This document shows positions 55,499 to 64,000 of a DNA stretch of 64,000 bases, piece after piece. Numbering within the stretch: position 1 is the first letter of the stretch; every line of letters starts with the position of its first letter. Below the pieces are notes generated by a model that worked only from the letters and a program-made list of their open reading frames with translations, had not been told where the DNA came from and did not search any database. Made by a program: the position numbers and the translations under genes. The DNA comes from Candidatus Spongiisociaceae bacterium (GTDB lineage: Bacteria; Actinomycetota; Acidimicrobiia; Spongiisociales; Spongiisociaceae), in NCBI GenBank assembly GCA_965262915.1, contig OZ253564.1, forward strand, positions 1,920,001-1,984,000. Direction: 5' to 3'.

Positions 55499-56566
55499 AT
55501 GACGACTCAACCGGCAATACTGCTCGGCCAGGACGACCTTGAAGCCATCATCTCCATGCGAGATGCTGTCGAGGCAGTACGGCGCGCTCACGTCGAATGG
55601 GCAGACCAGCAGGATCTCAACGCGATCTGTCATCGAATTCATACGCCGACCAATGTCCGTATCTGTACTCACCAGGGTGCCATTCCTGTGCTCTCGGCGG
55701 CGGGACTTCTCGTGCATTGCGAGCGGCTCGACGAGTCGGCAGACCAGCAGAGCTTCGCAACGGCCGACCCTCCTGTGTCCGTCGTGTATGACGCCGTGAG
55801 CGGCCGACTCCGCGGCATCCTCGTCGGAGAGCCGACCTGTACAGAGCTCCCGAAGACGCGCGGCGTCGCCGGCTTGCGGACGGCGGCCACCAGCGCTCTT
55901 GGTACGATCGCGCTGGCTCGGCGGGACGCGGTTACGGTGGCGATGATAGGCTCCGGCAAGCAGGCAGCGCTACATCTGACCGCTCTTCACGGCGTGCGGC
56001 CGCTACGGCGGGTTAGCGTTTTCAGCCGGAATCCGGACAGGAGACACCGGTTTGCAGCCACGATGTCCGGCGTCCTCGAAACAGCGGTGATTCCGGTCGC
56101 CACGGCCGCCGCCGCAGTCGCCGGCAGCGACATCGTGCTCACCGCCACCAACTCCATGCGGGCGGTGATCGAAGGGACCCTCCTTGAGCCCGGTCAACAC
56201 GTCACATCCATCGTCGGGGGTGGGCAAGGCTCCGGGCCGGTTGAGCCTCGCCGCAGCGAACTCGACGCGACAGCCGACGAGCGTGCCGCAGTGATTGGGA
56301 TGGCGTCCGTCGCTCAGGCACGTGCGGGCTTCTTTCCTCTCGCCGAGAAAGGGCAGGTGAAAGGGGAGACGGCGACTGCGGCGTATCCCCATTGGCACAA
56401 GTGCGTCGAGCTTCACGATCTCCTCACGGGCCGTCATACAGCCCGCAACGGGGATGCCGACATCACGATCTTCAAGAACAACGCGGGACAAGGAGTCGCC
56501 GATGTTGCTTTGGCGGGGGCCTTGCTCGATCGTGCCGCTGCCCTGGGACGGGGAACACCCGTCTGA
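55499..56566 (+). CDS. Ornithine cyclodeaminase/mu-crystallin family protein
   Basis: LRTAATSA, IGSGKQA, DIVLTATNS, PGQHVTSI, ITIFKN..GQGVADVA. Confidence 0.85.
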   Translation: MTTQPAILLGQDDLEAIISMRDAVEAVRRAHVEWADQQDLNAICHRIHTPTNVRICTHQGAIPVLSAAGLLVHCERLDESADQQSFATADPPVSVVYDAVSGRLRGILVGEPTCTELPKTRGVAGLRTAATSALGTIALARRDAVTVAMIGSGKQAALHLTALHGVRPLRRVSVFSRNPDRRHRFAATMSGVLETAVIPVATAAAAVAGSDIVLTATNSMRAVIEGTLLEPGQHVTSIVGGGQGSGPVEPRRSELDATADERAAVIGMASVAQARAGFFPLAEKGQVKGETATAAYPHWHKCVELHDLLTGRHTARNGDADITIFKNNAGQGVADVALAGALLDRAAALGRGTPV

Positions 56567-56780
56567 CCGGAGTGATCGGTTGGGGTGGCCGTCGGGAGGA
56601 TGGCAGCACTCGACGCCGTCTTGGCGGTTGCGACACTCGGTCCTCACGTGGACCGCCGATGCGGCCACGGGCTCCTGGCGATCTCGGATCGCGCAATCCG
56701 ACGCGAAATGCCAGAGATGGCTATCTTTGCATGAAGCGCCGAGGAGGATCGTTACGTCGGAGTTCTCAGAAACCGAAGAT

Positions 56781-57299
56781 GTGCCCAAGTACGCGGAACT
56801 CATGCTCCAAGGCCTCAAGGAGGCGGACGTTTCGATCGTCACGGCGCTTCCCGAATCACTCCTGAAGTCGCTCTACCGACTCCTGGCAGCGGATCCGGAT
56901 ATTCGATACGTCCTGGTTGCCAACGAGGGAGAAATGCCCGGCATCGCGGCCGGCGCCTATCTCGGCGGAAAGAAAGCCGTGATGATCATGGAGAACTCCG
57001 GCCTGCGCCAAGCGCTGGAGCCGATAGCTCGGTTCGCTCTCAGCCATCAGGTCCCACTCGTCATGCTGATGCCCTACCGCGGTGACTTCGGTGAACGGAC
57101 ATGGTGGGGCCACAGCCATGCCCAGACCATGGAGCCGATTCTCAACGCCCTTAACATCCCGTATCGCATTGTGCGCCGCCTCGACGAGATCAAAGCGGCG
57201 ATCGCCAAAGCTGTGACGCATGCCGATTCCAGCCAGTACCCGGCCGCGCTGATCTTTGCCGATGAGTGCCTGGAGACACCCCGATATGCGAAGGATTGA
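56781..57299 (+). CDS. Sulfopyruvate/phosphonopyruvate decarboxylase-like alpha subunit (ComD-like)
   Basis: LPESLL, ANEGE..GIAAGAYLGG, MENSG, YRGDFGE; start codon uncertain. Confidence 0.8.
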   Translation: MPKYAELMLQGLKEADVSIVTALPESLLKSLYRLLAADPDIRYVLVANEGEMPGIAAGAYLGGKKAVMIMENSGLRQALEPIARFALSHQVPLVMLMPYRGDFGERTWWGHSHAQTMEPILNALNIPYRIVRRLDEIKAAIAKAVTHADSSQYPAALIFADECLETPRYAKD

Positions 57300-57897
57300 C
57301 GGCGTGCGAATACTCGGCGAACTGCTGACCTCCGAGGACCTCGTGATCAACCGAGTCGGGCCGCTCAGCGACGACTGGTGGAACCATCGACCGCAAGGCG
57401 CCGACATGGCTTTCGCTCCGGTCATTCTCGGCTCTATTACATCGACTGCTCTCGGACTGGCTCTGGCACTCCCGCACCGTCGTGTCGCGGCGTTTGACAC
57501 CGACGGTTCGATTCTCATGAATACCGGCATTCTCGCCACCCTCGGCAACGAGCGCCCGACCAACCTGACCGTGTTCGTGTTCGACAACGAGGTGTACGAG
57601 AGCATCGGTTCTGCGCCGACTCATACGGCGGGAAACACGGACCTCGCCGCTATGGCCGAAGGAGCGGGATGTATCAACTGCGTCACCGTGTCCGGCGAGG
57701 CCGCCTTCGCCGGACACGCCGAGTCCATGCTCAATGATGACGAGATGGGGTTTCTGGTCGCCAAGATCGAACCGGGTCACGATCACTGGCCGTGGGAACA
57801 GCGCAAGGAGACCGACGGCGTCGAGGACAAGTACCGATTCATGCGTCACGTTGAGCGACTGGAAGGAACCACGGTGCACGATCTGAGGTTCTGGTGA
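57286..57897 (+). CDS. ThDP-binding decarboxylase beta subunit 1 (ComE-like)
   Basis: LGLALALP.RRV..DTDGSILMN..L.T..DNEVYESIG. Confidence 0.8.
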   Translation: MRRIDGVRILGELLTSEDLVINRVGPLSDDWWNHRPQGADMAFAPVILGSITSTALGLALALPHRRVAAFDTDGSILMNTGILATLGNERPTNLTVFVFDNEVYESIGSAPTHTAGNTDLAAMAEGAGCINCVTVSGEAAFAGHAESMLNDDEMGFLVAKIEPGHDHWPWEQRKETDGVEDKYRFMRHVERLEGTTVHDLRFW

Positions 57898-58556
57898 TGG
57901 CGACACGCGGGAGTCCGGCGGGAATGACCCGGGTCGATGTCCTTGACACGCTGGCTCATCTGCTCGACGAGGAGGATATCCTGGTCACGATCCCATCGGC
58001 CCGCCGCCACTTCCGCGAGGTCACTCGCTCCATCATCGGAATGGAACCACCCCACAACACCTTCGCTCCGGTCGTTCTCGGATCGATCTCTTCGACAGCC
58101 TTCGGACTGGCGCTGGCGATGCCGCACCGTCGCATCGTGGCGCTCGACACCGACGGTTCGGTTCTTATGAACACCGGCATCCTCGCCACCCTCGGCAACG
58201 AACGTCCCCCGAATCTGACCGTCATCGTGCTCGACAACGAGGTTTACGAGAGTATCGGTCTGCATCCTACGCACACGGCGGGGTTGACTGATCTGGCTCA
58301 AATGGCAAAGGGAGCAGGGTGTCTGAATTGCAGCACCGTATTCGATGTCGAGCAGGTCGCGGATCGTGTGGGGAAGGCGCTGGATGACGGAGAGTTCGGA
58401 TTCATCGTCACGAAAATCGCCCCAGGGGGCATGCCGCCCGAGTGGAGCAAATCCCGGCTCCCCGGCGACACTGATGGAGTCGAAGACAAGTATCGCCTCA
58501 TCCGGCACATCCAGGCGCTGGAAGGCGTAGCGATCCACGATGTCCGCTTCTGGTGA
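57897..58556 (+). CDS. ThDP-binding decarboxylase beta subunit 2 (ComE-like paralog)
   Basis: Same core motif as beta 1; TGATG coupling. Confidence 0.8.
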   Translation: MATRGSPAGMTRVDVLDTLAHLLDEEDILVTIPSARRHFREVTRSIIGMEPPHNTFAPVVLGSISSTAFGLALAMPHRRIVALDTDGSVLMNTGILATLGNERPPNLTVIVLDNEVYESIGLHPTHTAGLTDLAQMAKGAGCLNCSTVFDVEQVADRVGKALDDGEFGFIVTKIAPGGMPPEWSKSRLPGDTDGVEDKYRLIRHIQALEGVAIHDVRFW

Positions 58557-58634
58557 GACGACCGACCGGCCGTAATGGGGCCTCGCTCCGCGTTGCGCTG
58601 CACGCGTACCCACCCCCGAGGCCCGAGCGGACCC

Positions 58635-60911
58635 GTGTCTAAGCACTTTTCGTCGGCGGCCGGCAGCACGATCACTAGGCAGCAGCAGCGTGAGCGATAC
58701 GGCGTGGGCTCAGACGCGGTGCGGCCCGATGGCCGTGCCAAGGTCCGCGGCGAGTTCGCATTCTCATCCGATCTTTGGGCAGACCGGATGCTGTGGGGAG
58801 TGACGGTGCGCAGCCCCCACCCTTACGCCAGGATTAGACGTGTCGATCTCACGGCCGCTCTTCGAATCCCGGGTGTAGCCGCGGTGATCACCGCCGACGA
58901 CGTGCCGGGACGACCCTGCTTCGGGATCGCGGTCAGCGACCAGCCGGTATTCGCTTCCGATGTCGTTCGCTATTCCGGCGAACCGGTAGCTGCGGTTGCT
59001 GCAGAGCGGCTTAGCACCGCAAGGGCCGCCGCGGCGGCCGTCGAGGTGGATTACGAAGTGCTCGACCCGCTGACCGATCCGGAGGCTGCGATCACTGCCG
59101 CACCCATCCATCCCGACGGCAATGTGTTCAGACACGTCCGCCTACGGAGAGGGGACCCTGAGGTGACGGGTGATGTGGTCGTCGAGGGTGAATACTCGGT
59201 GGGCATGCAGGATCAAGCGTTCCTAGGGACGGAATCGGCGCTCGCTATTCCGGGCAGCGACCGTGTGGATCTTTTCGTATCCACACAGGCTCTTCACGGT
59301 GACCACAATCAGGTAGCGGCGTCGTTGGACCTCCCGCCGGAAAGGATTCGGCTGCACCTCGCCGGTGTCGGCGGCGCGTTTGGCGGCAAGGAGGACGTGA
59401 GCGTGCACATCCACGCCTGCCTACTAGCACTGCGGACGGGGCGGGCCGTCAAGATGCACTACTCGCGTCCAGAGTCTTTCGTCGGACACGTCCACCGGCA
59501 TCCGGCACGAATGTGGTACCGGCATCACGCGTTGCGCGATGGAACCCTGGTCAAGGTCGAAGCACGAATCGTGTTCGACGGAGGGGCCTACGCATCGACC
59601 AGCGGGTTCGTCATCGGCAATGCTGTTGCCTTCGGGGCCGGTCCCTACCGGGTTCCCAACGCGGCCGTCGACGGCTGGGCGATGCGGACCAACAACCCTC
59701 CGTGCGGTTCGATGCGTGGACTCGGGACACCACAGGTTTGCTTCGGCTACGAGTCGCAGATGGACAAGCTCGCAGCTGCGCTCGAAATCGACGAGGTCGA
59801 GATTCGCATCCTCAATGCGCTCGAATCCGGGGACACACTCATCACAGGCCAGCGATTGGAGGGACCCGCTCCCGTCACAGAGTGCCTTCGTGCCGCTGCA
59901 AGCTTTCCGCTTCCGCGGCGTGCCTCGTCCGACCACCGGACCCTGCCGGGTGGTACAGGCCTGTCCGCCGACGAACGCCGGATCCGCCGCGGTATCGGAT
60001 TCGCGGTCGGATTCAAGAACCTGATGTCGCCGGAAGGCCGCGACGACTTCGCGACGGCACAGGTCACACTGGATCTGGGCATCGACGGTAAAGCGCTGGC
60101 CACGGTACGAAGCGCGGCTGCTGAGATAGGTCAGGGCTTCGTGACTCTGGCGCAGCAGATCGTGCGCACCGAACTCGGAGTCGACCAGGTCATTCTCGAG
60201 CCACCGGACACGACAATGGGCTCCGCAGGGTCCTCGAGCGCATCCCGCCAGACGTGGATGAGTGGCGGTGCCATCCAGCAGGCATGTCACAACATCTTGT
60301 TCCAGATCGAGAAGCGACGAACAGCCGCCGCATCGAACGAGAGCGCGACGCGAAGGGCCGGATCGCTCGAAGCGTTGCTTCACGCCGGTCCGGTAACGGC
60401 CACAGTCGTGTACCGCCACGCTCCAACGAAGCCGCTGGACGCGAATGGGCAGGGCACTGCACACGTGGCTTTCGCGTTCGTTGCCCACCGTGCCGTCGTG
60501 GACGTCGACCTCGATTTGGGGTTGGTGAAGGTCGTCGAGATTGCGACCGGCCAGGATGTCGGCAGGGCCCTGAACCCCGCCCATGTCGTCGGCCAGATCG
60601 AAGGTGGCATCGCGCAGGGCCTAGGGCTGGCGCTCATGGAAGAGTTGGTCGTGGATCAAGGTGTGATCCGCAACGATTCGCTCACCGACTACCTGCTCCC
60701 GACGACACTCGACATGCCCCCTGTGCGGATCGAACTCATCGAGATGCCCCACCCCGAAGGTCCGTTCGGCGCCAAGGGCGTCGGCGAGCCGCCGATCATC
60801 TCCTCTCCCGCCGCCATCGCGGCAGCTGTTCGGAACGCGGCCGAGGCCGACATCAGGCGGCTCCCTATTCTCCCGGAGCACATCCTTGCACCGTATCTCC
60901 GAATCGAGTGA
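58635..60911 (+). CDS. Xanthine dehydrogenase-family molybdopterin-binding subunit (PucD-like)
   Basis: RSPHPYARI, GGAFGGKE, MRGLGTPQ, EIGQG, SASRQT, GQIEGG, AKGVGE; start approximate. Confidence 0.9.
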   Translation: MSKHFSSAAGSTITRQQQRERYGVGSDAVRPDGRAKVRGEFAFSSDLWADRMLWGVTVRSPHPYARIRRVDLTAALRIPGVAAVITADDVPGRPCFGIAVSDQPVFASDVVRYSGEPVAAVAAERLSTARAAAAAVEVDYEVLDPLTDPEAAITAAPIHPDGNVFRHVRLRRGDPEVTGDVVVEGEYSVGMQDQAFLGTESALAIPGSDRVDLFVSTQALHGDHNQVAASLDLPPERIRLHLAGVGGAFGGKEDVSVHIHACLLALRTGRAVKMHYSRPESFVGHVHRHPARMWYRHHALRDGTLVKVEARIVFDGGAYASTSGFVIGNAVAFGAGPYRVPNAAVDGWAMRTNNPPCGSMRGLGTPQVCFGYESQMDKLAAALEIDEVEIRILNALESGDTLITGQRLEGPAPVTECLRAAASFPLPRRASSDHRTLPGGTGLSADERRIRRGIGFAVGFKNLMSPEGRDDFATAQVTLDLGIDGKALATVRSAAAEIGQGFVTLAQQIVRTELGVDQVILEPPDTTMGSAGSSSASRQTWMSGGAIQQACHNILFQIEKRRTAAASNESATRRAGSLEALLHAGPVTATVVYRHAPTKPLDANGQGTAHVAFAFVAHRAVVDVDLDLGLVKVVEIATGQDVGRALNPAHVVGQIEGGIAQGLGLALMEELVVDQGVIRNDSLTDYLLPTTLDMPPVRIELIEMPHPEGPFGAKGVGEPPIISSPAAIAAAVRNAAEADIRRLPILPEHILAPYLRIE

Positions 60912-61075
60912 CGCGAACGAAGTAGGACAAAAAGTAGGTGGAAATACAAACTGAATAGAGAGTTGGCAAGTATCTGGCTAGATTGAGCGAAGGGCGAGGG
61001 CTGTAGTCGGTACGCTGAGGCCCGGCCTATTTTGACACCCCCTGTACCGGATCGCAGACCATGAAGGAGAAATCG

Positions 61076-62830
61076 ATGAAAATCCGAAGACTGTTGGCTG
61101 CTCTCTTGGCGCTTGCCCTCATGGCAGCGGCGTGCGGCGACGACGACCAAGAGCAGGCACCGGCGACGACCCAGGCACCGGCGACGACTCAGGCCGAGGC
61201 AGCGACGGCGACGACTCAGGCCGAGGCAGCGACGGCGACGACTCAGGCCGAGGCAGCGACGGCGACGACTCAGGCCGAGGCAGCGACGGCGACGACCGCG
61301 CCGGAAGCTATGCCTGCCGGTCCAACCGGCACACTCACGGTGGCGCTGCCTACGTTCGGCAAGGAAGTGTTCGATCCGAGCATCGGCACCTCCCTGGAGA
61401 AGTCGATCTACGGGCCGATGTACGACTTCTTCGTCGGCCTCAGCCAGGACGGAGTCGAGAGCGCACCCGGCGGAGCGCTGGAGAGTTGGGAGATGGCGCC
61501 CGACGGCATGTCGTGGACACTCACGCTCCACCCGAACATGACGTGGCACGATGGGACTCCGGTCACATCTGCCGACTCCAAGTTCAGCTTCGAGCGGTAC
61601 GCTGAAGAGACTGCCACCTGCAGCCGCTGCCAGGCCCTCAAGACCATCCTCGGCGCCGTCGAGATCATCGACGACCTGACGGTTAAGGTGAACTTCACAT
61701 CGCCGAATCCGGCACTACTCGGCGACCTCACGGCCGCCCAGGGTGACATTCCGATCCTGCCCAAGAACTACTACGAGTCGCTGGGTACCGATGGTTTCAA
61801 TGCCGCCCCGATAGGCAGCGGACCCTTCAAGTTCGTCGACCACAAGGTTGGCGAAGAGATCGTATACGAGGCTTATCTGGATTACTGGAACCAGGATCGG
61901 CTGGCCGGCTTCGAGCGCCTCGTCATCAAGGTGGTCCCCGAAAGCCTTTCCCGCCTCGCCCTGGTCGAGACGGGCGATGTCGATCTGGCCCTCATGGAAC
62001 CACAAGTCGTTGGCAACATTCGCGACGCGGGTCTCCGAGTCGGCGGGCCAAAGGCCATCGCGACGGTAATGGCCGCACTGGCGCACAGCTACGAACCCCA
62101 CTTCGAGATGAGCAACGAGGAGTTCCGCAAGGCGGTCATCCTCGCGGTCGACAAGGCTGCACTCATCGGGGCGATCTATCCGGAAGGCACTGCTATACCG
62201 GCCGCCTCATTGATCAACGTGCCGACCCATCTCGGGTACGACCCCGATTTGGAGCCGCGTCCATACGATCCCGACGAGTCACGCCGGATCATCGCTGCCA
62301 ACGGGTGGGAGGGTACGCCGGTCACGTTGTACTCCTGGAGCACCTGGTCGAGCATTCCTGAACTGCCGACGCTGATGGAAGCGATCGCTGGTTACCTCGA
62401 TGCTGTGGGCCTCGATCCGGAGATCAAGCCCGTCGATTACACGGCGATACGACCCAACCTGCTGAGGCTCGAAGGCAACACGATCACCGACCCGAACCCC
62501 ATTCACGGCTGGTTCGTCACGTCGACCGGGGCCTTCGAGACACTGGTGCGCATCGGCCTGCTGGCTCACGCCGACGGCGGCCTCTACGGGGCTTACCACG
62601 ATGCCGCAACCGTCGATCGGATCTACGACACGATGTCCGCTGAGATCGACCTTGCAAAGCGGGGCGAGCTTGCCGCCGAGTTCAACCAAGCCGTGTACGA
62701 CACCTGGGGTTTGCTGCCCATTGCCGTCACAGACTCGATCTGGGCGATCGGACCTGGCGTGGGCGACTGGAGGCCCACCAACTTCACGCCGAGCGATTAC
62801 CGCTTCGAGACGGCAACTCCGGCGTCGTAG
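61076..62830 (+). CDS. Family 5 ABC substrate-binding lipoprotein (paralog of 43112)
   Basis: Lipobox MAAAC, Ala/Thr linker, WHDGTPVT, GSGPFKF; RBS AAGGAG. Confidence 0.9.
   Translation: MKIRRLLAALLALALMAAACGDDDQEQAPATTQAPATTQAEAATATTQAEAATATTQAEAATATTQAEAATATTAPEAMPAGPTGTLTVALPTFGKEVFDPSIGTSLEKSIYGPMYDFFVGLSQDGVESAPGGALESWEMAPDGMSWTLTLHPNMTWHDGTPVTSADSKFSFERYAEETATCSRCQALKTILGAVEIIDDLTVKVNFTSPNPALLGDLTAAQGDIPILPKNYYESLGTDGFNAAPIGSGPFKFVDHKVGEEIVYEAYLDYWNQDRLAGFERLVIKVVPESLSRLALVETGDVDLALMEPQVVGNIRDAGLRVGGPKAIATVMAALAHSYEPHFEMSNEEFRKAVILAVDKAALIGAIYPEGTAIPAASLINVPTHLGYDPDLEPRPYDPDESRRIIAANGWEGTPVTLYSWSTWSSIPELPTLMEAIAGYLDAVGLDPEIKPVDYTAIRPNLLRLEGNTITDPNPIHGWFVTSTGAFETLVRIGLLAHADGGLYGAYHDAATVDRIYDTMSAEIDLAKRGELAAEFNQAVYDTWGLLPIAVTDSIWAIGPGVGDWRPTNFTPSDYRFETATPAS
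61181..61297 (+). repeat. 27-bp coding tandem repeat (ATTQAEAAT)x4
   Basis: GCGACGACTCAGGCCGAGGCAGCGACG x4. Confidence 0.9.
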
Positions 62831-62866
62831 ACCGGCACACGAGAAAGAGACAAAGACGAGTGACGC

Positions 62867-62902
62867 GGCGGGGCGCCCGGAGTCGGGTGCCCCGCCCGTT
62901 TT
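62867..62902 (+). terminator. Intrinsic terminator or stabilising hairpin after the binding-protein gene
   Basis: GGCGGGGCGCCCG-GAGT-CGGGTGCCCCGCC followed by CGTTTT. Confidence 0.6.
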
Positions 62903-62950
62903 GTGGGTCGCTAACTCAGCGAACGGGAACTGGACGACAAGGAGACGGTT

Positions 62951-63952
62951 GTGGACAAAGTAGGGATGGCGTTTCTCGATCGCCCGTCCGCCATGGAGCA
63001 GGTGCGACTGGTGAAGAAGATCGAGGACCTGGGCTACGAATCGGCTTGGATCGCCGAGACAAGACTGGCCCGGGATGCGTTCTCGATCCTCGGGGCGTTC
63101 GCGGTGAACACGAGCCGCATAACGATCGGCCCCGGCGTCGTCAACACCTGGACTCGCGGGCCGGCGCTGATGGCCGTGACACTCGCCACGCTCCACGAAA
63201 TGGCGCCCGGAAGGGTGGTCGCCGGTATCGGCGCCTATTGGGACCCTCTGGCGTGGAAGCAGGGAATCGAGCGACGTAAGCCGCTCACCCAGATGCGAGA
63301 GTACGCGAACGTCTTGCGCAGGCTGCTGGCGCTGGACGAAGGAGTAACCCTCGAGGGCGAAGTCGTCCAGGTCCGGGACCTGACGCTCGATCTCGGCCAT
63401 GGGGCCCCTCGTGTGCCGGTGGACGTCCCCCTCTATGTCGGGCCGACCGGCCCGAAGATGATGGAGCTCGCCGGCGAGATCTTCGATGGCGCGCTGATCA
63501 ACGGTTTGCTCTCGACCGATTACACGAGATGGGCCGTCGATCACATCAAGGCCGGAGCAGCCAAGGCCGGAAGAGACCCCGAAGAGATCGATCGGCCCCA
63601 ATTCGTCAACGTCGCGATGGCCGACGACGCCTCGGAGGCACGCCAGGTTGCAAAGCATCTCGTCACGAAATACCTCGGCCAGCAGCCCCACATCGCCAAG
63701 GCCAGCGGGCTCGAGGAGGATCTCATCGCGAAGCTCAACGAGACAATGGGCGGCTGGCCGGCACGTCCGGGTGGCGTCGAAGACGCGATGCGGCTCGTCT
63801 CCGACGACATCGTTGACCGCCTTGCGATATCGGGAGACCCCGGGCACTGTCGGAGCCGTATCGGCGAGTGGGTGGAAGCAGGCGCTTCCTATCCGATCAT
63901 CGTTCCCATGACGGACAACTTCGATCAGATCGCCGAGGAGCTCGCTCCGTGA
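62951..63952 (+). CDS. LLM-class flavin/F420-dependent oxidoreductase (Mer-like)
   Basis: WIAETRLARD, IGPGVVN.WTR, APGRV..GIG, GPTGPKMMELAGE. Confidence 0.85.
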   Translation: MDKVGMAFLDRPSAMEQVRLVKKIEDLGYESAWIAETRLARDAFSILGAFAVNTSRITIGPGVVNTWTRGPALMAVTLATLHEMAPGRVVAGIGAYWDPLAWKQGIERRKPLTQMREYANVLRRLLALDEGVTLEGEVVQVRDLTLDLGHGAPRVPVDVPLYVGPTGPKMMELAGEIFDGALINGLLSTDYTRWAVDHIKAGAAKAGRDPEEIDRPQFVNVAMADDASEARQVAKHLVTKYLGQQPHIAKASGLEEDLIAKLNETMGGWPARPGGVEDAMRLVSDDIVDRLAISGDPGHCRSRIGEWVEAGASYPIIVPMTDNFDQIAEELAP

Positions 63953-64000
63953 TCTACGGCGTCTCGCACTCCGCTGTCGCTCCGGGGAGAGCACCGCGGG

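Overview
High-GC actinobacterial chromosomal DNA. The combination of mshA-ybjN, guaB1, an LppM-like lipoprotein, an actinobacterial-type tmRNA and a +1-frameshifted prfB suggests Acidimicrobiia, which is an inference. Bases 1-35.9 kb are mostly core genes: nrdJ, guaB1, cutA, mshA, pyc, manB, comF-hpf-secA and prfB-ftsEX-M23-smpB-ssrA. They are interspersed with three MITE-like families, heptamer-repeat hairpins, a Fic protein, a decayed vapBC, and several odd genes: a HisA-like/VOC fusion, a MoaD/ubiquitin-like domain fused through an internal GG to a membrane protein, and a bacterial Clp1-type kinase. A DnaA-box cluster followed by a strongly base-paired candidate RNA lies upstream of pyc. 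Right after the tmRNA is a decayed IS110 element whose non-coding end has recognisable bridge-RNA loops matching its own flanking target and donor end. A >26 kb catabolic region follows and runs off the window end. It encodes MaoC x2, an acyl-CoA ligase, SDR/ADH, an Opp-type ABC system with two CxxC-bearing binding proteins, a cyclic amidohydrolase, two LLM oxidoreductases, an OCD-like enzyme, a ThDP decarboxylase alpha plus two beta subunits, and a lone molybdoenzyme large subunit. Several frameshifts may be sequencing or assembly indels rather than true pseudogenes. All product calls come from motif recognition; no database search was run.
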